A stretch of 61,231 bases of DNA, filler included, from Nemertoderma westbladi (lineage: Eukaryota > Animalia > Xenacoelomorpha), in NCBI GenBank assembly GCA_032718475.1. It is 3 parts of 3 records of this genome, joined end to end, with 100 filler letters (N's around TTAATTAATTAA, not from the genome) between each part and the next. Parts side by side here need not be neighbours in the genome. Positions count along the whole stretch, not along the records: positions 31,516 to 54,276 come from JAUCBJ010003022.1; positions 54,377 to 61,231 come from JAUCBJ010006540.1; 1 more part is not named here. One strand, 5' to 3'. The notes under the pieces were generated by a model. It did not search any database. It was not told the origin of the DNA and saw nothing but the letters and a program-made list of their open reading frames with translations. Shown here one piece after another: positions 52,498-61,231 of this stretch. Made by a program: the position numbers and the translations under genes. How positions within the stretch are numbered: the first letter of the stretch is position 1; the number at the start of each line of letters is the position of its first letter.

Positions 52498-53504
52498 CTG
52501 TAATAAGTTGTTTCAATTTCTGAACATTTTAGGAACGGAGCATATGCTTATATTATTTAACAACATCCATATTTTGAAATTAATGTGTAGGCTACGTGTC
52601 GAGAAATACTCATTTACATACATTAACTTTATTTACATAACAGGCAGACAACTCAGCTCTTTCGAGTCAATCCAGTACGCATCTCTGGCCAAGTGCCTCC
52701 AACAATTAAGAAGCCTCCCACAAAATTCCAAAGAACATGTTATAATACTAAGTAATAATGTCATGGAAATACTGTAAAATAGAGTTTATATCCCACTGAC
52801 CCCGAACGAGCGAGGTTAATTATATCAAGGGGGTCTCATAAGGGAGGATGTAAAGCTATTTATTTCACGTAATTAAGTAATTCCAAAAAATTTACTTATT
52901 GTATTGGTCAGTAAAACACACACACATAATTTATGGCTTATATTAGATGCTATACAGGGGTCCTATTGTCAAGTCAGGTATTCTGGGTCATTGATTCAGA
53001 AAACTTGCCACCTCCATGCAGCATAGAAGAGGTGCCAACTGTGGCTGCATTGACCCTCTTACTAAGGGCATAATCTGTTTCTGTAACTAGGACCCCCTTC
53101 ATTCTGGGATAGAGACGCCCTTGGTCCTGGATTAAGGGCCCATATATTTGGCTGCAGGGGTATATGGCCTGACCAGGCAGATGGTGATCTACAAATGGCT
53201 GGTCAGGAGTAGAGTGTTCTCATGTCCACTCTGAGTGCACTTCACTGCGACCTGCACCTGGCAAATTATGTCAAACATGTCAAACCAGGGTGTAGTACGT
53301 GCCCCGAGAGCTGGCTCGGCAAAAGAGCACCCCCAAAGCCCACTATGGATTACATTAGTAATGACTGCCCTGGCAGATAAGCTTTGCCATAGTGCAGTGG
53401 GTATTCAAGAGCTCAGAATGCGGACTGGGCAGACTGATGAGGTTCTGATTAAGAACATGGGGGGCGGTTAGCAACTCGCCCTCGCGTCAGAAAATAATAG
53501 ATTT

Positions 53505-53900
53505 ACACAATCACGAGAATGCTACGCCGGGTTCACTGTGTCATGTACAATGTACACATCTCCAACCAGAGACAATATAACATTGGAGGTGTCTCATTGG
53601 TTCCCCCAAGCTTGACAGTAGAACAAAGCCGCCTCCGCTTCGCAAAACATTGCTTACGCCGGGAAGACCAACCAGTGCATAATCTTGTACTTTGGCAGCC
53701 TCATGGAGTGAATAAGCATGGTGGACAGCCCATGACTTTCTTGAGACGCATCTTAAAGGACACAGGCCTTGAAGATGCGGATGATCTAACAAATGTCATG
53801 GGTGATAGGGAGTTGTGGCGCCGCAATTTGTCGACAAGCCGACACAGCATTCTTAAAAATGCAGCTGCAATGCAGCATGCCGATCCCTGTAGTAGTAGTA
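53505..53900 (+). mobile_element. 3' end of RTE-like LINE (same family as 36253-38192)
   Basis: MLRRVHCVMYNVHISNQ..DQPVHNLVLWQP is highly similar to ORF 36375..36956; ends in (TAG)n at ~53890-53901. Confidence 0.9.
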
Positions 53901-54276
53901 GGGTCCAGGGGTTCCGCCGTAAACTTCTGGAACGCCCTGGTGGAGGCGATATATCGATAAACCCGTTAGAGTGGGGGATTACAACCGTAACGACACGATC
54001 GGGGATCGCATGGCGGGTGGATCCATGGGACTGTATCCTTGCAACCACCGAATCTCAGAAAGCCTTAATCAGATCAGACGAGTCCAGAATATGTTTAGCT
54101 GCGGGTTTAAATTTAAAAGTTATGAAATTAAAAGTTATTATTCAACTTGAATACATTGCATAGATGAACTTTGAAAAACATACAGCTTGACCGGTAAATA
54201 ACCTAATAACCTCTCCAAAGGAAAACTTATATCTAAAACTTAGTACCGATTTCTCCTACTTCCATAACAACATATG

Positions 54277-54376
54277 NNNNNNNNNNNNNNNNNNNNNNNN
54301 NNNNNNNNNNNNNNNNNNNNTTAATTAATTAANNNNNNNNNNNNNNNNNNNNNNNNNNNNNNNNNNNNNNNNNNNN
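54277..54376. other. Artificial contig linker (44N-TTAATTAATTAA-44N)
   Basis: Same 100-bp linker; stop cassette at 54321-54332. Confidence 0.97.
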
Positions 54377-54379
54377 TAT

Positions 54380-54652
54380 TGATATTGATTATATTGAATG
54401 GGAGAATCTTTTAGGCTCATTAAGCCAAGGAATGCCTGTTCACCACCATGGGTGATCTTACATAGTAAATCCTTCTACTCTGTTTCCCAAGTTGCCTTGG
54501 TTCCCATTTATCGACCACTGAAGGATGAAAGCCGGGGTTGGGCTAGGGAGCAGCATTTAAAGCACTGCGCCCAAACAGTGCTGCCCCATCTAGGGATCGA
54601 ATCAGGGCTCCCTAATTGGAAGCCCAGGAATGTCACCACTAGACCAAGCTCC
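54380..54652 (-). mobile_element. tRNA-derived SINE with Nin/Deu-like central domain
   Basis: Minus strand: A-box TGGTCTAGTGG, B-box GATTCGATCC, then CCAACCCCGGCTTTCATCCTTCAGTGGTCGATAAATGGGAACCA resembling the Nin/Deu core; short repeat tail at the contig edge. Confidence 0.65.
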
Positions 54653-54899
54653 ATTATTATATATATTACATTGTTTATATTGACATTTATATATTAAAGT
54701 GTGTATTATGAGGGACCTACACTTAGTCTAGTATTTACTGTATTGTTACTAATTTTTATTGTAGATTCGCCACACCTCAGTTTATAGTGGGGTGATGTGT
54801 CAGGGCACGTATGGTTTGTTACATACGTGTCCCTGTTATTCCACAACATATTCAATGGAAAGGAGGTGGGTAATATCGACAGATATTGATATTCCACAG

Positions 54900-54989
54900 G
54901 CTGTCAACGAGAAGGGAGTGCCTCTGCGACAGGAGCCTTTTAATTCGAACTCATTTGTACTTTTGTTTGTAGAAGCAGAGTACTTGAAC
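54900..54989 (+). CDS. Possible isolated 90-nt exon (AVNEKGVPLRQEPFNSNSFVLLFVEAEYLN)
   Basis: attccacAG|GCT ... AAC|GTTAGT, open in phase 0; no convincing partner exon. Confidence 0.3.
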
Positions 54990-57645
54990 GTTAGTAATTA
55001 GTTTAGGAATATATTTAAACAGCATTGCTATTTTAGCATTGATATGTAATGTTTCCTAAATCAACTGTATGTATAGACAAATGGAATAAAGGTTCAGTAA
55101 TACTTTGCGAGTTGAGTTGAGTACCCCATAATTTTTCGTTATTTGTAAAAAGTACTTCATTTTATTATGATAAAATTTTTTAAGTAGGACGCCCAATGCT
55201 GAATATTTTAATCACCATAATAGAACTTTAGAAAACGTACATTTATCGAAATTAAATAAGAATATCTGACATAAGTTTTCACACCTACGCCAGCACCAAT
55301 AGCTACGCCCACACGCTACTGCATACATGTAAGCGTAAGGTCCCTATTACATGGTATGCAAATTCTAAGCCAAATTATTTACAGTTATATTAGTCGTCTG
55401 ATAATTGTTTTAAGGCTAAGATGAGTTGGATGCTTACTTATAGTAGTAATAGTAACAATATTAAATAGTAGAACTTTGTATAATATTATTAAACTTACTT
55501 CCAATATAGTGTATTGATCAGAGGATTAGCAATGAGGAGCTTCGTGCTCATGTTTGAGCGGAGGTCGCTCGCTACGGGGGAGGATGGGAAATATGTGGCT
55601 GGTCCAAGTCGTCGACTTCGACGGTAGATGAAATGGGCCAACAAGTATTTGAGTCGCCGAAGATACAAATTACGAGTGTGTCTCCAATACAGCAGTTTGG
55701 GTTCAGACAGTGGGCAGGTATGAAAATGCGATTTAAAATGTGAATATCATTCACACTAAATTTATAATTCACTTATTTAGAGTATAGCTTACAGTAGCCA
55801 TATTATTTTTATTTATTTTATTTGTATTTTTAAAATATTGTATTTATATAAATTTTTTAACACTATACTTCCGAGATAAGGCAAAATACCATATCTTGAA
55901 AATTGTCATTTTGAAAATCAAGATTACATATCTCCTCTCCCTCAACTCTCGTTCTGGAACTAGTCAATTTCAGTTCAAAATCAAAGTCAAAATGAGTTCA
56001 AACTAAGGGGTTAATTTCGAACTAGCGAGACTCGAACCCTATCCGGTTAGTAGGTATTTTGATTTACTTCCGTACCAATCCCAATAGCTACTCGGAATTG
56101 GTAGGGCTAAGAAATCCATTACCGACAAATTCCAGACTCAAAAGAAAGATGTTATTTTGCATGATTGATGAATTAGCAGAGAAGATGGAACAATATATTT
56201 CTGATCGACTCAGAAATATTTTCTAACTTATTACCGATTGTTAGCGCACAGAACAAATCCCCAATTTTATCTCTGATCTTCTTAGTTTTATAATCCTCAC
56301 AATATTAATTTGTTAATAATATCAAAATATCGATGGTACAGTATACAGCTATATACAGTAGTTACTTTGTAAAATGCTTCGAGTGTATATGACAATCCTC
56401 TACGGTAAAACAATTGGGCGCTAGTAAACATTGAATGACCAATGTCAATTGAATGTACCGAGAAGTTATGTTTTCTCTGACCTATTTCTGAGTGAGCGAT
56501 GCATCAATGCTCTGACGATAATAAGTGTTAATGATTTTACGTGTATCAACAGTACTGGGAATATGTGGTTACGTATTAATCTGAGGGGTATGTCTGATTA
56601 AATGTAGTACAAACTCAAGCTAGGACCTATTATATACCTTTAGGGTATAAGTTTATTTATGCGGAAACCAAATAATGGTATCAAGCCAAGGTAAATCAGA
56701 CGGAACAATATTGCCATGAAATACTTAATTTGGTTAGATATAGTGAAGAAAACATTCATATAAAGGTGACACGATATTTCCTTTATGATAAGTAATAACA
56801 ATTAACCTACGAATTACCTATGAATTATTAATAAGAATGTCTTCTCGGCGATATAAACCATATAATATTTATTAGCAATAAGACTATTAAACACAATTAC
56901 ATAATATAACTGATATAATTATATTTAACAGCCGATTCAATTTCTGACTCGATTCCCGAAACGGCCTCCGATCGGTAATACAGATCCTCTGCGATTGACA
57001 GAGGGTTGCCTTGTTGCACTCGACAGATGGTAAATGAGTGAGGCTTTGAATCTGTACACCGATAAATTGAAAAGGAATAAAGAAAAAATAAATGAAACTA
57101 TAAAATAAAAAATCCCCATAAGCTTGCGTAGTACTTAGGCTTATATAAAGTTTCTCCATTGATGTTTAATTACACCACACAGCGGTACAAATGTAGTGGA
57201 GAAAGAACTAGGTACTGTATAATATATGTTTTTGCCCCTACCGGTGATGTCGGCAGTACTGCACTACTTCTTTATGATTTGATCACTGATTATTATTATA
57301 TACTCTTTGACACAACAGGCCTATTTCAGTATTTGTTATGTTTATACAGATAGATCCCCAGCCTGACAGCTTAGGGATTTATATTGGTGACCCGGACGAG
57401 ATACGAGATTAAAATAAATAAACAAAAAAAAAACTACTGTTTGTAATTATTTTTACTAATAAACTTTACTATCTTAATTATTATATTTGTATATTGGAAT
57501 ACTGGAATTGGCCACTGTGACAAACTGCTAAAATATATAAGGCCTACCAGCCTATATAGCTATAGCGACCACTGAGACTGCCGATACCGGTATTGGAATA
57601 CAAACACGGTGCCGGTAGTCAAAATTCGAATACTCCATTTCAAGA

Positions 57646-58581
57646 ATGGCTACAAACTCAGTAAACCCAGGAAAAACAAATTCATTAACACAGCCATCGG
57701 AGGCAACCGGGAGTGGAGCTGGAGCTAACGGCAATGTTGGGGCCGGATCAAATGTTCCTGTGACAAAAGTTGCTGTAAAACCACCACCGTTCTATCGCTC
57801 AAATCCCAATGTTTGGTTTCGATCTCTCGAGTCTCAGTTCGCATTGGCGGGAGTATCAGTAGATTCAACAAAATTCCATTACGTAATCGCCAATTTACCA
57901 GAGGACGTTGCTCTCAATATACCTACGGATACCATTACTTATGATGGATTAAAAACAATGATCTTACAACTTTACCAAAAGACTAAAACAGAACTATTAG
58001 AAGAAGCCCTTGGGCAGGTTTCCCTAGAAGGACAAAAGCCCTCATTAGCGTATCTCCGAATAAAGAGGAAATTGCAGGAGTGCAACTTGACAGCAGACGA
58101 TGACGTTGTATGGCACAAGTTAATGCAAGCAATCCCTATAACTGCACGGGCTGCACTCAGTGCCCATCTAAGTCTACCACCAGAAGAGTTTGCAACGTTG
58201 GCCGATACTATAATCCAGTTTACCTCCGCCATACCGGTACCTATGCAGGTTCAACCTGTAACTCAGCAACCTCAACATATGGGGGTGTCAAGGATAAATT
58301 ATAGACAAGGGGGCAGCGCATCCGGATACGAGCGACAAACAGCTAGAAATAGCAATTATGGGTCGGCCAACCACAATGCTGAGAGCACGATACATCCATT
58401 CAGTACTGGCCAACGACCAAAAATCTGCCGATTCCATATTTTCTTTGGTGAAAAAGCAAAATATTGTAAACCATGGTGCCGTTGGCCAGGACGGAAACCT
58501 AACTATATGCTAAGTTCCTCCAGAGGTAATTCCCCTTCCAGCGGGCGTTCAAGAAATAACTCAGAAGGATCGGAAAACTAG
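57646..58581 (+). CDS. gag: Gypsy Gag with CHCC zinc knuckle
   Basis: VKPPPFYRSNPNVWFRSLESQF N-terminal motif; CRFHIFFGEKAKYCKPWC = CX2HX9CX3C. Confidence 0.9.
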   Translation: MATNSVNPGKTNSLTQPSEATGSGAGANGNVGAGSNVPVTKVAVKPPPFYRSNPNVWFRSLESQFALAGVSVDSTKFHYVIANLPEDVALNIPTDTITYDGLKTMILQLYQKTKTELLEEALGQVSLEGQKPSLAYLRIKRKLQECNLTADDDVVWHKLMQAIPITARAALSAHLSLPPEEFATLADTIIQFTSAIPVPMQVQPVTQQPQHMGVSRINYRQGGSASGYERQTARNSNYGSANHNAESTIHPFSTGQRPKICRFHIFFGEKAKYCKPWCRWPGRKPNYMLSSSRGNSPSSGRSRNNSEGSEN

Positions 58582-59497
58582 ATACCCTCGGTATTAATGC
58601 TGCAAATGCTGAGGGGGGAATTTCTGCCGTTTTTAAATGTACCTCAGCAATCGTCGACTCAGCAAACTCACAGGAGCAATGGGTACAATTCTTAATAGAT
58701 ACTGGATCACAAGCTTCTATATTAAAACCGGCTGTGGCCAAGTTTTTAATTTGGGAACATACAACAACTCAATTACATACGGCATCAGGATCAAATATTA
58801 TAGTACATGGTAAAGCTTCAGTTCGAGTCAAATTACTCCGGCGAATATTTACCTGTACTTTTTATATACTGTAGCTGATGTTAATGATAATATAATAGGG
58901 ATGGATTTCTTATCCCAATTTGGACTCATACTGGACTGTGGAAAACGTTTAATTATAGATAAAACAACGCAACTTTCAACACAATTAAAGATGGCACAGA
59001 CACAAAGTTCAATGATTCAAAAAGTTTCAATTTCACATCCAGATGAACGATTTAACATTCTACTTCAGCAATACAGCGAATTGTTTGATCCAGCTTGTGC
59101 ATTTAGTGGCCCTGCAACAACAGACACTGTACATAAAATTATAACCAATGATACACAGCCAATTTACTCAAAACCACGGCAACTGAGTGGTCATAAGCTA
59201 GCAATTGCAAAACAGGTGTTTAATGATTTAAGTGAAAAAGGAATTGTTCGTCCATCTACAAGCCCATGGGCTTCGCCACTACATATGGCACCAAAGAACA
59301 ACTCAAAAGATCAATGGCGTCCTTGCGGTGATTATAGAGGCTTGAATCGTGTTACTGAGCCAGACAGATATCCAGTACCCCATATTAGCCATTTTCATAA
59401 CCAGATTAAAGGCTCAACCATATTTAGTAAGATCGATTTAGTGCGTGCTTATAACCAGATTGAAATGTCACCTGATGATATACAGAAAACTGCCATA
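58572..59497 (+). pseudogene. pol: Gypsy pol remnant: protease + N-half of RT
   Basis: -1 frame after GGAAAAC; FLIDTGSQAS protease; frameshift near 58865; SPWASPLHM..WRPCGDYRGLN..DRYPVP..FSKIDLVRAYNQI..KTAI. Confidence 0.9.
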
Positions 59498-60341
59498 GCA
59501 GAGTGGAATTATTTAGTGTAACCATCGAAATTCATAGGCTCTTCATGAAGGTAGAGAAGTTAACTAATATTGGTTAGATGTAATACAACAGGTTCTATAG
59601 GGAGATAGTATAGAACACATTAGTTTGGTAGGACAGCTGAGTTTGTGAGAGAGAGATTGGGGTGGGGGAGTGGTGGGCTGTGGGAGTAGTTATTCACTGA
59701 TTGTCAAAGGATTTACTGGTCCACTAGGATACAGTGCTTTAGATCCACAATAATTTTTTTTGTCCGTTGAATTTACTCATTATGTCCGCTGATTTTATCT
59801 TTTTATGTCCGCGGAAATTGCTACCGGTAATGCCGCTCTCTTAGGCTATTTGTATGGAGCAGTCTATTGTAGGTATAAAGCCTTACAATTATACTGTATT
59901 ATACTACAATATATTTGGATTAGAGGAATGGTGGTTCTGTGTTAATCAACAATTTATTAATGTATCATAAGTTGTAATGATTTGATTTTAAGGGATGTAT
60001 TTTTATAAAAATATAATGAAGAATTAGAAAAATTTTAATTAATGAGGATGAATTGCGCCCACCACCCCCCCCCCCCCCCCCCCCCCCAACCTTCCTTAGG
60101 GCATTTAATGTTTTATAGACCCCACCATTACTATTAGTGTTATTGATATGAAATAAGACAGTAAAAGTTATAGCCCAATTGCCCATTTTCATATTTTTCA
60201 TATTGTACTGTATTTGTAACCAAGTAACATTAAGGACCCCCATGGAAATAAGCTGCAAAGCTTTATGGGTAATCCTATATGTTGTGTTGGACATTACCTA
60301 TATACAGTACATTATGTTTGGTGTATATTAATGTCAAAATG

Positions 60342-60636
60342 AAAAAATTCTACCACGCAGCTAAAAAGTTCGCCATGGGTGTTTGTCTGGACGCTGATTC
60401 ATATCTGAAATCAATTCCCATGTTTGGTTAAATATACTCTGTCGGTTTACTGTTTTGTCTGTCTGTCGGTCAATTTGTCTGTCAAAATTAAAAAATTCTA
60501 CCACGCAGCTAAAACGTTCGCCGTGGGGGTTTTCTGGACGCTGATTGCATTTCTGAGGTCAATTCTCATGTTTGGTTGAATATACCCTGACGGTTTACTG
60601 TCTGTCTGTCTGTCGGTCAGTCTGTCTGTCAAAATT
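60342..60636. repeat. ~149-bp direct duplication with (CTGT)n, similar in style to modules at 4640-6750
   Basis: AAAAATTCTACCACGCAGCTAAAA at ~60342 and ~60491. Confidence 0.8.
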
Positions 60637-60723
60637 ATCGAATAAAAAAATGACTAATATAGTTAAAAATATATTAAATGATTGATTGATTGATATTACA
60701 TTGGTATTATAGTGAACAGATAC

Positions 60724-61215
60724 CTATTGTTTTATGTTCTTGTGCCACGGAGTCGCACAATACAGACATAGAGATGGCTTAGAGGGGCATTGCGGGCAAT
60801 AATATCGTGACAGTTTTTCTGTGCACCCATCAGAGTAACACAATCGGCAACGGTTTCTTGGTTTGCGAACCTTCGGTGTTGGTGGAATTAGTGTGAGGGA
60901 GTGGTGGACAAAGGCCCCTGGGCCTGGAACTACAGAATCACAACTGTCACTTTCGTAGAAGCCACGTTGCCACTTACGGGGGTTATCACATTTCATTTGA
61001 GTCAGCCAAATAATTGCGTTTGTTAGGAAAGTTAGGAGTTGTGCGACTATGTTCTCGCTATGTGAAGGCTCAGTGGTGTTGCCAATATCTGGGGTATTGT
61101 GGCATTCTTCCCAAAATACACCCTTGCAACAACCAAATACCCATTAGAGTCACAAAGAATAAATAGTTTGATCCCAAAGCGGGAACGTTTCGTGCGAATA
61201 AATACTTTGAATTAT
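60724..61215 (-). pseudogene. Internally deleted piggyBac (PGBD4-like) transposase
   Basis: Minus ~61210-61110 translates FKVFIRTKRSRFGIKLFILCDSNGYLVVARVYFGK (DDE_Tnp_1_7 core). About 110 nt later comes the frame ending in the Cys-rich tail CRLC..SRYYCPQCPSKPSLCLYCATPWH. Confidence 0.85.
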
Positions 61216-61231
61216 GTATTGTATGATGCAT

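Larger units (their letters stand above)
57192..59497 (+). mobile_element. Truncated Ty3/gypsy LTR retrotransposon, CsRn1/Boudicca-like lineage
   Basis: Putative 5' LTR from TGTAGTGG (57192) to ~57383; PBS TGGTGACCCGGACG (57385-57398, tRNA-Trp-like); gag and pol follow. Homology stops in RT after KTAI; no RNase H, integrase or 3' LTR. Confidence 0.9.

Overview
Eukaryotic (metazoan, invertebrate-type) genomic DNA in three contigs (1-31415, 31516-54276, 54377-61231). They are joined by artificial 100-bp linkers (44 N + TTAATTAATTAA + 44 N), so adjacency across the gaps should not be trusted. Contig 1 holds the last four exons of a BPTF/NURF301 gene on the minus strand (phase-consistent splicing, PHD-PHD-bromodomain C-terminus). 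Upstream lies a ~19.6-kb array of ~320 copies of a 61-bp unit with higher-order repeat structure. On the BPTF sense strand each unit reads as an exon tail plus a canonical 5' splice site (DVLEETERVNGS-G|GTGAGT), in the phase the next BPTF exon requires, so it may be a massively amplified exon-intron junction. A 41-bp, 2.4-copy duplication of a phase-supported donor in a second gene, an 11x intronic repeat carrying TACTAAC and a 20-bp donor-motif array suggest splice-signal-associated tandem amplification recurs in this genome; that is inference. Contig 2 holds a 9-exon unknown gene (Ser/Tyr-rich, then Glu/Lys/Pro-rich), a small Cys-rich single-pass PPxY membrane protein gene, nested RTE-like LINEs, several MITEs and a Merlin/IS1595-type relic. 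Contig 3 holds a tRNA-derived SINE, a truncated CsRn1-lineage Ty3/gypsy element and an internally deleted piggyBac.
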